Positions 31,699 through 41,726 of a DNA stretch of 64,000 nucleotides are shown here, one piece after another. A model generated the notes under the pieces. The model was not told the origin of the DNA, made no database searches, and was given only the letters and a program-made list of their open reading frames with translations. The stretch's first letter is position 1. Each line of letters opens with the position of its first letter. The translations under genes were made by a program, and so were the position numbers. Location of the stretch: contig OZ244044.1 in the NCBI GenBank assembly GCA_965215275.1, positions 1,797,561-1,861,560 on the forward strand, given 5' to 3'. This DNA is from Thermodesulfobacteriota bacterium. Lineage in GTDB: Bacteria > Desulfobacterota_D > UBA1144 > Nemesobacterales > JAJCZQ01.

Positions 31699-32634
31699 TT
31701 ACGAATACGCTGCCACGGTATTTCCCATAACCTCCACGTTGCTCTGCTTACCGACCGGAGCAGGTGCGATTATCGCAAGTTCCATTCCGGTATTAAAATA
31801 GTTCTGAAGTTTTTCCCTGCATTTGGAAGCTGGGCCCGCCAGTGCAACTGCCTCAACTAGTTCATCAGAAAATACTTCCGCGGGGTTTGCACCACCCTGT
31901 ATCTGCTCTACTATATCGCCAAACCCGATATTTTTTATCAGTCTTTGATAGAAGGGGAACCTTGCGTAACCGGAAAGACCTTTTTTAGCGGATTCGATCG
32001 CCTTGCCTTCATCTTCTGATACGAAAGAGGGAATTCCATTTGTTATCGTGATGTCGGAAATGCTCCTGCCTGCTTTTTCCGCCCCTGTTTTAACGTTCCT
32101 GATCAGTTCGGTCATATATTCCGGCGGGCACATATACGGCATTAACCCGTCGGCTACCTCACCTGCCAGTTCTGCTGCTGACTTTGTCAGGCCTGCTATG
32201 TAAACGGGAAGATGTGGCAGCTTTCTCTTCAGTGTCAGTCTTTCGGAACTTCCATCCGCCAAGGCCCTGACCTCCGTTACATAATTTCTCATATCCTCTA
32301 CCGGATCACCCATCTCAATTCCGTATCTGCTGTTGACGGGCTTGTGACTTACTCCCAAGCCAAGTATCATCCTTCCTCCTGTGATCTCCTGAACGGTAAG
32401 TGCCGTTGCCGTGGCTACAACGGGCTGACGCATGTATATATTTGCTATCCACGTTCCGACTTTAATCTTTTCTGTGGTTTCTGCAAACACCTGTGCATTT
32501 GATAAGGCACTGTAAGGAGGAACTTCGGGGGAAAATATGGCATCTAATCCACCCTCCTCACAGATGCGTGCAAGCGACCTGAGATCTTCCAAGCTGCATC
32601 CCCAGACTGGTGAAATCGTGGCGATTTTACTCAT
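31699..32634 (-). CDS. LLM-class (luciferase-like) flavin/F420-dependent oxidoreductase
   Basis: 311 aa; TIM-barrel LLM family pattern (GLDAIFSPEV..., GGRMILGLGVSH). Confidence 0.65.
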   Translation of the reverse strand: MSKIATISPVWGCSLEDLRSLARICEEGGLDAIFSPEVPPYSALSNAQVFAETTEKIKVGTWIANIYMRQPVVATATALTVQEITGGRMILGLGVSHKPVNSRYGIEMGDPVEDMRNYVTEVRALADGSSERLTLKRKLPHLPVYIAGLTKSAAELAGEVADGLMPYMCPPEYMTELIRNVKTGAEKAGRSISDITITNGIPSFVSEDEGKAIESAKKGLSGYARFPFYQRLIKNIGFGDIVEQIQGGANPAEVFSDELVEAVALAGPASKCREKLQNYFNTGMELAIIAPAPVGKQSNVEVMGNTVAAYS

Positions 32635-32958
32635 TATCGTTCTCCTTTGGTATTTAGTTTATACATCATTAAGTTGGTTTTTTGTTTCAACGATATAATT
32701 ATAACACGTTCTTACTGTCATTGACAGAGCAGAAAAGTAAAATAGTTCATCTACTGGACTTTAACGGTACTCTGCCACGGCTCACCCAGCAGTATCCCAT
32801 TAATTTACCTTTACAACTCGTTGTTCGTTGTGTACAATTCAATAAATGTTTGACTTAGAACCACATGAGAAAGAGGGTGCGGTTTACATAGCGGGTGTAT
32901 TTGTTTTAATTGCCTCGATTATGCTGATAGCGTCACTTACGCACGTTATACTTTCACC

Positions 32959-33426
32959 TTAACTGATCCCCCATTTTAACACCTGCAAAACTGCATCTTG
33001 CGGATCTATCACCTTGTTGGTATTGTCGTAAAATGTAATTTCGTCCTTGACCTTCTCATATCTCAGGCTTAACAGCTGTACTGTTCTGTGCATGCTCTGT
33101 TTTACCTGCGTGCCGTCTCTGGAGGCAAGTCCGTATATAAATATGCTGCTTCTGCTCTGGATGACGAAACTGAACTTCTTTTCCGTCCTGATCACAAAAC
33201 CACTGCAGCGGTCCTGAAAACTGAAAAGGAGCGGGACCAGATCTTCGTGCAGTCTGTGCAGTCTGATGGGACAGGCACTGTTCCCGCTGAAATTATCAAC
33301 TCCTGACCTTGCAATATTGAAAAGTATGTTCAGTGCTTCACTGTCTTGTGCCTCGAAGGTCTTGCCTTTTTCAGAAGCCGCTGTCTTTTGTGACATGGCT
33401 TTGATCTCTTTTATAAAATCATCCAT
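32959..33426 (-). CDS. hypothetical protein (155 aa)
   Basis: Isolated ORF flanked by intergenic regions; no recognisable motif. Confidence 0.4.
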   Translation of the reverse strand: MDDFIKEIKAMSQKTAASEKGKTFEAQDSEALNILFNIARSGVDNFSGNSACPIRLHRLHEDLVPLLFSFQDRCSGFVIRTEKKFSFVIQSRSSIFIYGLASRDGTQVKQSMHRTVQLLSLRYEKVKDEITFYDNTNKVIDPQDAVLQVLKWGIS

Positions 33427-33674
33427 TTAAAAAGCCGTTCCTTTTATTTGCTGCTTCTGGGTTATATAATAGTACCTGATGGTTGCTGCATACATCAGCG
33501 AGGTTGTAAAATATAGAGAATATATACGGTAAAACTTCCGGATTAACGAGATCCCAGCTCAAGACCGTCTCAAGGCTTTACAGACGCCGGGTTCAGCCAG
33601 CCAGTCTTATAAGCAGCGAGCTTGTAAGGACCCTTACTCAGACCTCTTACGAAATCGGCAGAAAAATATCCCTG

Positions 33675-35153
33675 TTGATCAACAGAAGGGGCAAGGTCCA
33701 TTCAGTGTTCCTGGGCGATGCGTATGAGATCGATTATGAAAAGCTCTTAGGAAGGTTCAGGGAAGCTAAATTCAGATTAAGGGGATTCAAGGTGATCCAT
33801 TCCCATTTTAACGATTTCAGTTTATCCAGGGACGATCTTGCCACTCTTATAAAAGAGCGGCTGGATATGATGGGCGTGGTAGAGGTAAAGGAGAACGGAC
33901 ACGCCGGGAGATTGCAGTTTGCACATATATCCCTGTCAAACGGTAACCCGGATGAAAAGTGGAAGATCTATTCGTTTGACGACGTAGGCAGGGTAGATAT
34001 TGAATGGAACTATCTTCTGGACGATATCCAGCGAAAGCTGGAGAGATCATACAGGCAGTCAGGGGGGAATACCAGTAACGAAGGGGCTTTACTGGTTGCT
34101 TTCAGCACTCAGGGCAGAGAAGCGGCCGAACGGTCGGTTGAAGAACTTAAATCACTTTCTGAATCAAGTGAGAGGAGGGTGCTTGGTTCTGTGTTTCAGA
34201 TAAGAAAAAGGGTTGACCCGAGGTATCTTATAGGTAAAGGAAAATTAAGGGAGGTCGTTCTTCAGGCTGAACACATTGGTGCGGGCACCATAATTTTCGA
34301 CGTGGAACTGACCCCTGCCCAGATCAATCTGATATCGGCGCAGACCACACTGAACGTTATTGACAGAACTCAGCTTATACTGGAGATCTTTCAAAGGCAT
34401 GCAACCTCAAGCGAGGGAAAGATCCAGGTCAGACTTGCCGGTCTTAAATATAATTTACCAAGATTAAGAGGCAGGGGAGTTGAACTTTCTCAGCTCGGTG
34501 CAGGTATTGGAACAAGAGGTCCCGGAGAGACCAGACTGGAATATCAGCGCAGGACCATAAGAAAGCAGATCGAAAAACTTGAGAAGCAGATAGATAAGAT
34601 CAGTTTCAGAAGGAAAAGCACTCGTGAAAGAAGGACGTCGACCGGTATCAGGTCAGTTTCACTCGTTGGATACACGAACGCCGGTAAGTCCACGCTTTTT
34701 AATACGCTTACCAATGACAGGGTCAAGGTACAGGACAGGCTCTTTTCAACGCTTGGTCCTACCACCAGAAAGATCAGACTTCCTTCAAGGACGGACGTGC
34801 TGATAATAGATACCGTGGGGTTTATAAGCAATTTACCGGAAGATCTGATAAATGCTTTCAGAGCAACACTTGAGGAAATAGGCGAAGCTGATCTTCTTCT
34901 TCACGTTATTGACGCAAGTGACCCGATGATCGAGGAAAGGATAGGATCTGTGGAAAGTATACTGAACTCCATGGGTTTTGGAGATATTCCCGGGTTAATG
35001 GTCTTTAATAAAAGAGATAAGACAGACGAGCAGACTGTACGATTCCTTGAAAGGGCATATGATACAACTGTGGTCTCTGCTTTGAGTAAGATAAATATAA
35101 AGGGCCTGCTGGAATTGATCGATCGGAATATACAGCAGGTTTATCACGGTTAG
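33675..35153 (+). CDS. hflX: GTPase HflX (start uncertain; the N-terminal ~60 aa may be an ORF-extension artefact)
   Basis: HflX N-domain (GTRGPGETRLEYQRR), G-domain GYTNAGKST...DTVGF and a coiled-coil linker. Confidence 0.85.
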   Translation: MINRRGKVHSVFLGDAYEIDYEKLLGRFREAKFRLRGFKVIHSHFNDFSLSRDDLATLIKERLDMMGVVEVKENGHAGRLQFAHISLSNGNPDEKWKIYSFDDVGRVDIEWNYLLDDIQRKLERSYRQSGGNTSNEGALLVAFSTQGREAAERSVEELKSLSESSERRVLGSVFQIRKRVDPRYLIGKGKLREVVLQAEHIGAGTIIFDVELTPAQINLISAQTTLNVIDRTQLILEIFQRHATSSEGKIQVRLAGLKYNLPRLRGRGVELSQLGAGIGTRGPGETRLEYQRRTIRKQIEKLEKQIDKISFRRKSTRERRTSTGIRSVSLVGYTNAGKSTLFNTLTNDRVKVQDRLFSTLGPTTRKIRLPSRTDVLIIDTVGFISNLPEDLINAFRATLEEIGEADLLLHVIDASDPMIEERIGSVESILNSMGFGDIPGLMVFNKRDKTDEQTVRFLERAYDTTVVSALSKINIKGLLELIDRNIQQVYHG

Positions 35154-35306
35154 GGTGTGTTTTGGTCACCGGTATTATTCCTGCAGGAGCGTGATTGTCG
35201 TGCAGCAAGGTCTCCGTCCGTCGAGGACATATCTCTGATCGACAGCCACATATCTGTTAAGGCACACAGCAGATTTCAAACTTAAATCCCTGTGATGGTC
35301 TGATAA

Positions 35307-35336
35307 TAAAAAGGGTACGAAAATCGTACCCTTTTT
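35307..35336. terminator. bidirectional Rho-independent terminator
   Basis: Perfect 8-bp stem GGGTACGA/TCGTACCC with loop AAA, flanked by A5 upstream and T5 downstream. Serves convergent hflX and the 35361-35552 ORF. Confidence 0.75.
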
Positions 35337-35360
35337 ACCTATGATTTTATCTGCTAAAAG

Positions 35361-35552
35361 TTACCAGGGCTTGGATGCGTCGTCCTGACCTTTCAGGTTT
35401 TTGATCCATTTGCTATCATCATATATCGATACACCGTAAATAATTGCCAGGTTGGCAATTATAAGACCTATATCGGTGTTATTTGTCTGTTCCGCCCTTT
35501 TTTTTATCTTATCATGAATAGGGTCGGGAATGTTTATAGTAATCTCAGCCAT
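35361..35552 (-). CDS. small ribbon-helix-helix (CopG-like) protein
   Basis: 63 aa; N-terminal ITINIPDPIHDKIKKRAEQ has a beta-strand-then-helix pattern. Lies 24 bp downstream of the nitroreductase gene and before the terminator. Confidence 0.45.
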   Translation of the reverse strand: MAEITINIPDPIHDKIKKRAEQTNNTDIGLIIANLAIIYGVSIYDDSKWIKNLKGQDDASKPW

Positions 35553-35576
35553 TTTTAACCTCCTGCTAATTGACGT

Positions 35577-36584
35577 TTAATCGTTAGCGCCAATACCTTT
35601 TTCTTTTCTGTAAGTGTCAAGGACCTCTCTTTTAACCGTTGGATGGAGAGTGAAATCATTTGGCGGTGCGCCCTCTGCAGATGCTTTTACCTCTTCAGGT
35701 GAGAGATAGCTGAACTTTGTATCTCCAGCTACTTCGCCCAGTTGTGAAGGTTCAAGTTTCCAGTCCGTTAAAGCTTCATCGCCAAGACCAAATCTCTTTG
35801 TGAGTTTGTTGATCTCTTCAAGTCTGCCTGGCAGCGGACCTTGAGGCTGGATCAGTCTCAGATCTTCAAGGAGTTTCACCGCTTCCGGGTCCCTGCTGAA
35901 GGGATTACCAACTCTTTTCTCAAAGAACATGGTCTCAAAAGGCGGGCGACATCTCTGACCACCGGCTTCCATGCTTTCTGCTGGATACCCTACGGTCATG
36001 AGCCAGCTGAACACATAGGTATCGGGCAGGTTGAACTTTGACTTGGTATTTCTTCTTGCTCCGCCGCTGGCACCATTAAGGCAGGTTCCCAGTCCCAGTG
36101 CCGTAGCTACCAGTGATGCGTTCTGAATGGCATTCCCCAGATCAATTCCCGCAAGCCTGTGCATAATTGCGTCAGGCAGCAGACCCGGCAGGGGGAACAG
36201 ATTTGATACCCTGTCATACTCCCAGCCATGTGCCTTGTCCAGTGCTCCGGTCCTCATAAGATCATGGATGGATTGTCCCTGTGTGTCATAATTAGCCATA
36301 TCGTAGCACCAGAAAATAAGCACAGGTGCCATCTGAGTGGTTATCTGACTCCAGTCCGAGATAAACTCCCATATTTCAGGGTCTTCATCTCTGTATACTA
36401 CAATTGCTCTCTGACCATTGAAGTTACCTGCTGATGGTGCAAGCCTGGAAGCTTCCAGCATTGCCTGGATCTTCCATTTCTCAACCTGTTTATTAGGTTC
36501 ATACCATCTGATGGACCTTCTGGTGCCAATTGCACTGAAAGTATCCATTACACTAACTTCGCCGGATGAAGGTAAGTTACTCAT
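35577..36584 (-). CDS. nitroreductase-family protein with a C-terminal extension
   Basis: 335 aa; RRSIRWY...LEASRLAPSAGNFNGQRAIVV matches the nitroreductase N-terminal signature. Confidence 0.65.
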   Translation of the reverse strand: MSNLPSSGEVSVMDTFSAIGTRRSIRWYEPNKQVEKWKIQAMLEASRLAPSAGNFNGQRAIVVYRDEDPEIWEFISDWSQITTQMAPVLIFWCYDMANYDTQGQSIHDLMRTGALDKAHGWEYDRVSNLFPLPGLLPDAIMHRLAGIDLGNAIQNASLVATALGLGTCLNGASGGARRNTKSKFNLPDTYVFSWLMTVGYPAESMEAGGQRCRPPFETMFFEKRVGNPFSRDPEAVKLLEDLRLIQPQGPLPGRLEEINKLTKRFGLGDEALTDWKLEPSQLGEVAGDTKFSYLSPEEVKASAEGAPPNDFTLHPTVKREVLDTYRKEKGIGAND

Positions 36585-36682
36585 TCCATGTTTCCTCCTT
36601 AATATTTACGAATTTAATTATAAATCTGTTTAAGTATAATGATATTGTTTTATGGTTCATTTGTCAAGATGTAAGTAAATTA

Positions 36683-38013
36683 GGGAATTATAAAGGAAAG
36701 TTGACAAGTTTACCTTAACTGTTCCGAGTGCAGAGTTCCTCTATCCCCGATCTCTTTTGATCTGATACTCTTAGCACTCATCGGGAGTATTTCTACCTTA
36801 TTCCCACCCGATATGAAGTCTCCTTCATCAAGAGTATTGATATTTTTACCTGCATTTATGTCCCTGTCTTCTGAATAACCGCAATACATACAGTTAAAAG
36901 TCCTGACTGACAGAGGCTGTTTGGGATTTACCTTTCCGCATTCAGAACAGGTCCTTGTTGTATAATGAGCTTTAACCAAAACCAGCTTGCCTCCAGCTAT
37001 CCCGGCTTTGTAAGCAAACTGACGTTTGATCTTGCCCCATTGCTGTTCCGTTATGGATTTAGCAAGATGATGGTTCTTTACCATTCCTTGTATATTCAAA
37101 TCCTCTAATTTTATATGATTACTCTTCTTTACGGTCTCTGTTGTTAATCTGTGTATAGCATTATTTTCACGATCGGTAGTTCGTTCCCATTCCTTCGCTA
37201 ACGATAAAACTTTCTTCTTTCTGCTGTCAGAACCTTTTACCGCTCTTGAAACAATTCTTTGCTTTCTTTTCAGTTCCTTCCTGTCTATCCTGATACCGGG
37301 AATTTTAGTTCCATCTGAAAAAGCTAATCTGTTTGTTATTCCAAGATCTATTCCTATGGATTTATCCAAAGGTCTCTTCTTCTCATTTGTAAACTCACAC
37401 AGAAACTGTATCTTTATTCTTAACGAACTCCTGATTATTCTTATTACAGTTTTAGGTTGCTTTAAAACAACTCCGTCAGGCATACTACCTTTGAAAGATA
37501 ACCTCCCAGTCCCTTTATCGTTAAATAAGTCCTTCTGCCGATCTTTTCAATGTTTTTATAATTGTTTGTTTCAAAACTTCTGACGGGTCTGTTCGGACCT
37601 TTATATTTTGGTCTGCCTACCTTTTTTGCTTTCCTGCCAGCTTTTTTATTCCTTAAATAATTCAGATAGGGACCGTAAGCATTATCCAGCCTTTCCAGAA
37701 CGCTTCTTTGAGCTACCACGTTAAACTTTTCAAATTCCCTGTCCTGCTCCCGGACCTCGGTCAGTTCGTTAAACTGCTCGTATTTGGATACGGTTTTTTC
37801 ATACCAGTCATAAGACCTTAATCTGTGATACAGGGCACCGTTGTAAAGATCGGTAAGCTGTTGCAGAAATTCATCCAGCCTTTTATGAAATCCACTATCT
37901 GCCTTTACAGTTCTTGTAATCGTTCTAACCATATAATAACATTACCTTTTTCTATTCTGTTTGTCAATTTTTTCTTGTTAACTTATTTTTGTCAACTTTT
38001 CTTTATAATTCCC
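36683..38013 (-). mobile_element. TnpB-only (IS200/IS605-family, IS1341-like) element bounded by 25-bp near-perfect inverted repeats
   Basis: GGGAATTATAAAGGAAAGTTGACAA at 36683-36707; its reverse complement with one mismatch at 37989-38013; tnpB lies between them. Confidence 0.6.
36710..37932 (-). pseudogene. tnpB: tnpB (RNA-guided RuvC-like nuclease / IS605 OrfB), split by a frameshift near 37462-37483
   Basis: The 156-aa N-terminal ORF and the 257-aa C-terminal ORF overlap in different frames. RuvC-I IGIDLGI, RuvC-II IKLEDLNIQG, zinc finger CSECG...CMYCG and RuvC-III DRDINAGKNI are all present. Confidence 0.8.
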
Positions 38014-38084
38014 GTAAATTACATTTACAAAATATATCAGTTAGTTTAAAATTAAACATAATTTCATCAAGGAGAGACTAGATC

Positions 38085-39245
38085 ATGAGCGACCTGAAAG
38101 ATGTTTATATCATAGGGGTAGGAAACACGGCCTGCGGAAGATTTCCAGACAAACCGGCACATATCCTTGCAAGGGAAGCGGCCTGGGCAGCGATCAAGGA
38201 TGCCGATATTCATCCCCGGAAAATAGAGATTGCTTTTTGTGGTCATGTTTATCAGGGTATGGGAGTGGGACAGAGAGCACTTAAGGAGATCGGTCTTGTA
38301 GGGCAGCCCACTATTAACGTTGAAGGGGCGTGCGGAAGCGGAACGCTGTCGTTCTGGGAGGCATGGAGGACGGTGGCATATGGCCAGTACGACATAGCAC
38401 TTGCTCTGGGCGTTGAGAACCTGAGCAGGGTACTGTCTGGCGGGCCGTTACCGCTTGAAGAGGACGATCTTGAGGTTTCATTAGGTATGGGCATGCCGGG
38501 ACTTTACGCGATAAGAGCAAAAAAATATATGGATGAATACGGGGTTACGATGGAGCAGCTCGCCAAGGTGGTCGTTAAGAGCAGGTACCATGCTTCACTG
38601 AACCCGAATGCACAGTACAGAAAGACCACAACGGTCGAAGAAGTACTTGGAGCTCCGATGATCGCGGACCCGCTCACGCGTAACATGTGCTGTCCCGTTG
38701 GTGATGCAGCGGCAGCGGCAGTGCTCGTTTCGGAAGATCTTCTGGAAGACTATGCCAAAAAACTGCCGATCAAGGTACTGGGCTGTATTGCTCAGTCAGG
38801 TAAGTACAGCAGTGCGACCGGTCTTACGTGTGACCCGTCGGAGAACGTTGTCAGAACGTCGAAACTGGCGTATGAAATGGCGGGATTAGGTCCTGAGGAT
38901 ATGGACCTGGCCGAGATACATGATGCGTTCTCCATTGCCGAGATGATGGTCGTGGAAGCACTTGGGTTTTGTGAAAAAGGAGAAGGTGCAACGCTGATCG
39001 ACGAGGAAAGTACCTGGCTGGGAGGAGATAAGGTTGCCGTTAATCCAAGTGGTGGCCTGTTGTCTCGTGGGCATCCCGTTGGTGCGACCGGACTGCTGCA
39101 GACCGCCGAACTGGTGTATCATCTGAGAGGAGATGCCGGTGAACGTCAGGTTCCGGACGCCAAGGTCGGTATTATAGAAACAATGGGTGGAGCTCAGCCG
39201 GCAATGGATGGTATAACGTGCGTTGTCAGCATACTGGGTAAATAA
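38085..39245 (+). CDS. thiolase-family protein (acetyl-CoA acetyltransferase / SCP-x-like)
   Basis: 386 aa; condensing-enzyme fold with Cys in VEGACGSG and a C-terminal GHPVGATG. Confidence 0.75.
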   Translation: MSDLKDVYIIGVGNTACGRFPDKPAHILAREAAWAAIKDADIHPRKIEIAFCGHVYQGMGVGQRALKEIGLVGQPTINVEGACGSGTLSFWEAWRTVAYGQYDIALALGVENLSRVLSGGPLPLEEDDLEVSLGMGMPGLYAIRAKKYMDEYGVTMEQLAKVVVKSRYHASLNPNAQYRKTTTVEEVLGAPMIADPLTRNMCCPVGDAAAAAVLVSEDLLEDYAKKLPIKVLGCIAQSGKYSSATGLTCDPSENVVRTSKLAYEMAGLGPEDMDLAEIHDAFSIAEMMVVEALGFCEKGEGATLIDEESTWLGGDKVAVNPSGGLLSRGHPVGATGLLQTAELVYHLRGDAGERQVPDAKVGIIETMGGAQPAMDGITCVVSILGK

Positions 39246-39276
39246 ATCAGTTCCCTTAGTTCGTTATTTAACAGAG

Positions 39277-39315
39277 CCGTGCTGCCAGGAACGTGGTAAC
39301 ACGGCTTTTCGTTTT
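39277..39315 (+). terminator. possible Rho-independent terminator after the thiolase gene
   Basis: GCCGTG / CACGGC stem with a 17-nt loop, followed by TTTTCGTTTT. Confidence 0.35.
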
Positions 39316-39497
39316 CAGCTGTTATGCCGGTTTTGACAGCATTTTTCTGCAGGGACGTATTATCAGGGTAATTTATATAGTTTCAAAGTGAATAACTCTG
39401 CTGGATTTTATTGTATAATTGTAAAAAACCACTGATTTCAACTGTAAACTATAGAAGTCCTGTATTAATAAATCATATGATCCTCTGATCGTTCGTT

Positions 39498-41726
39498 ATG
39501 GCGAAGAATAAAAAACCTATACATAAAGATGGCAGATCCACTTTGGTCAGTGAGATACTTTCGGCGATTTTATTTACGACCGGGCTTTTTTCGTACCTGA
39601 GCCTGATATTTTACAGTTCAGAATCCGTGTATGACCTTAAGAACACCATGGGTGCGGTAGGTGTTTTTATTTCCGGGACGTTGGGACACTCGTTCGGAGT
39701 TGTTTCCTTTTTGATCCCGTTCGCTATGTTCTGTTCCGCTTACGTTGTGTTTACGAATAAGCTGCAGGTGATACAGCTTGTAAAGGCGTTGTTCGCCATT
39801 ATTTTTGTTCTGTCCTTAACGACTTTTGTCGGACTGACCTTTCAGGGGGACCTCCTTGGATACGAACCGGCCGGTGGTTCGGTCGGGAATTTTCTGGCCT
39901 TGAGCATAAAGGATTCATTTGCAGGAACTCTGGGGTCTTACATCATAGTAACGGTTTTTCTCCTGTTGAGCCTGATGTTAGTGACCGAGTATAAATTATC
40001 CCGTCTTTTTGTTTTATTAAAAGCCCTTACTGTCAGCCTTACCAGGACTGCTGTTAATTTAACCGTAAAGATCCCTGAACTTCTGTCCTTTGGAAAAAGC
40101 GTTAATGGTAAAACCAGAAGATCAAAGAGCAAAGAGGAACAGCCGGCGATTTATTTCAAACGCAGGGACAAGACCGATAAAGCCGTCCTGAGTGATGACG
40201 GTGAAGTGGCCTCGTCACCTGAGATCGTGTTGGAACTGGATAACGACACCTCAGATCAGAACGGTTCGGGTCAGGTGGACCTGCCACTGAAAAAGGATTT
40301 TGAACTTCCTTCTTACAAGCTGCTTGATATGGGTGACGATATCGAGATAAAGGTTGACGAGGAATTTATCTATAAAGAGGCAAAGCTCATTGAGGACAAG
40401 CTGAAGGATTTTAACGTTTCGGGCGAAGTGACACAGGTAAAACCAGGTCCCGCGATCACGATGTTCGAGTACAAACCCGCTCCAGGGGTTAAGATCAGCA
40501 AGATCTCTTCTCTGACGAACGACCTTGCAATGGGACTGAGTGCGTTAAGCGTGAGGATAATTGCACCAATACCCGGCAAGGACGTAATTGGTATTGAAGT
40601 TCCAAATCAGAAACGAGATGCAGTTATGATAAGGGACCTGATCGAATCCTCTAAATTTATGGAAAAGAGCTCAGCCCTTACTCTTGCACTTGGAAAGGAT
40701 ATTGCAGGCAAGCCATTCTATACCGATCTGAGAAGTGCCCCTCATTTAATGATCGCCGGGACCACAGGGTCTGGTAAGAGCGTTTTGCTGAACGCAATTC
40801 TCGCCAGCCTCGTTTATAAATTAACTCCAAGGGAACTTAAGTTCATTATGATAGATCCCAAGATGCTTGAACTGTCGATCTACGACGGCATACCTCATTT
40901 GCTGCATCCCGTCGTTACAGAACCGGCCAAAGCGGCGGCGGCACTTAAATGGGCCGTGAACGAGATGGAAAACAGGTACAGGCTGCTTTCCGAGGAAACG
41001 GTCAGGGACCTGGAAACCTATAATCAGAAGATCGAAGCCGAAGACCCTGAAAACAAGTGGGACAGATGGCTTCCCTATATAGTTATTATAATTGACGAAC
41101 TCGCGGACCTTATGATGGTTGCCCCAAGTGAGATCAAGGAGTCCATTATCAGACTTTCCCAGAAGGCACGAGCGGCGGGGATCCATCTGATAGTTGCCAC
41201 TCAGAGACCTTCTGCAGATATTGTGGCCGGGCTCCTGAAAGCGAACTTTCCTTCCAAGATCTCATTTCACGTGTCATCTAACACCGATTCAAGGATAATA
41301 CTGGGTAAGGGTGGGGCGGAAAGCCTTCTTGGAAAAGGTGACATGCTGTATCTGAAACCAGGGGTTGGTTCACTTATCAGGATCCAGGGAGCTTTAATAT
41401 CGGACCGGGAGAGAGAAAGGATCACGGAGCATTTAAAGGTGCAGGGACAACCTGAATATAACAAAAGTATTACGCACATTGAGGATCCCGAGGACGATCA
41501 GGATCTCGATGAAGAAAAGGATGAGCTGTATAATGATGCTCTGAGAGTTGTCGTGGAAACAAAACAGGCTTCTGCGTCCATGCTTCAGAGAAGGCTCAGG
41601 ATAGGTTATAACAGAGCTGCAAATATAATAGAGATGATGGAGCGAAAAGGTATCGTGGGTCCGCAGGAATCCGCGGGAAAACCAAGGGAAGTCTATATGG
41701 ACGCAGATCAGACAGAGAGGCTGTGA
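39498..41726 (+). CDS. ftsK: DNA translocase FtsK
   Basis: 742 aa; N-terminal TM domain, linker, alpha/beta motor with Walker A GTTGSGKS, and a C-terminal gamma winged helix. Confidence 0.92.
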   Translation: MAKNKKPIHKDGRSTLVSEILSAILFTTGLFSYLSLIFYSSESVYDLKNTMGAVGVFISGTLGHSFGVVSFLIPFAMFCSAYVVFTNKLQVIQLVKALFAIIFVLSLTTFVGLTFQGDLLGYEPAGGSVGNFLALSIKDSFAGTLGSYIIVTVFLLLSLMLVTEYKLSRLFVLLKALTVSLTRTAVNLTVKIPELLSFGKSVNGKTRRSKSKEEQPAIYFKRRDKTDKAVLSDDGEVASSPEIVLELDNDTSDQNGSGQVDLPLKKDFELPSYKLLDMGDDIEIKVDEEFIYKEAKLIEDKLKDFNVSGEVTQVKPGPAITMFEYKPAPGVKISKISSLTNDLAMGLSALSVRIIAPIPGKDVIGIEVPNQKRDAVMIRDLIESSKFMEKSSALTLALGKDIAGKPFYTDLRSAPHLMIAGTTGSGKSVLLNAILASLVYKLTPRELKFIMIDPKMLELSIYDGIPHLLHPVVTEPAKAAAALKWAVNEMENRYRLLSEETVRDLETYNQKIEAEDPENKWDRWLPYIVIIIDELADLMMVAPSEIKESIIRLSQKARAAGIHLIVATQRPSADIVAGLLKANFPSKISFHVSSNTDSRIILGKGGAESLLGKGDMLYLKPGVGSLIRIQGALISDRERERITEHLKVQGQPEYNKSITHIEDPEDDQDLDEEKDELYNDALRVVVETKQASASMLQRRLRIGYNRAANIIEMMERKGIVGPQESAGKPREVYMDADQTERL

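Noticed and set aside
31519-31860. 113-aa plus-strand ORF in the ftsH / LLM-oxidoreductase intergenic region
   Set aside because: Overlaps the 3' end of the minus-strand oxidoreductase gene. No ribosome-binding site or motif. Probably non-coding.
33675-33860. N-terminal ~60 aa of the hflX ORF as annotated
   Set aside because: Possibly an upstream extension of the ORF. HflX family proteins are usually ~420-440 aa. The gene call is kept but the start is left uncertain.
36683-36707. Reading the tnpB-element inverted repeats as a sigma70 promoter (TTGTCA ... TATAAT)
   Set aside because: Spacing between the -35-like and -10-like hexamers is only ~9 bp. The terminal-inverted-repeat interpretation fits better.
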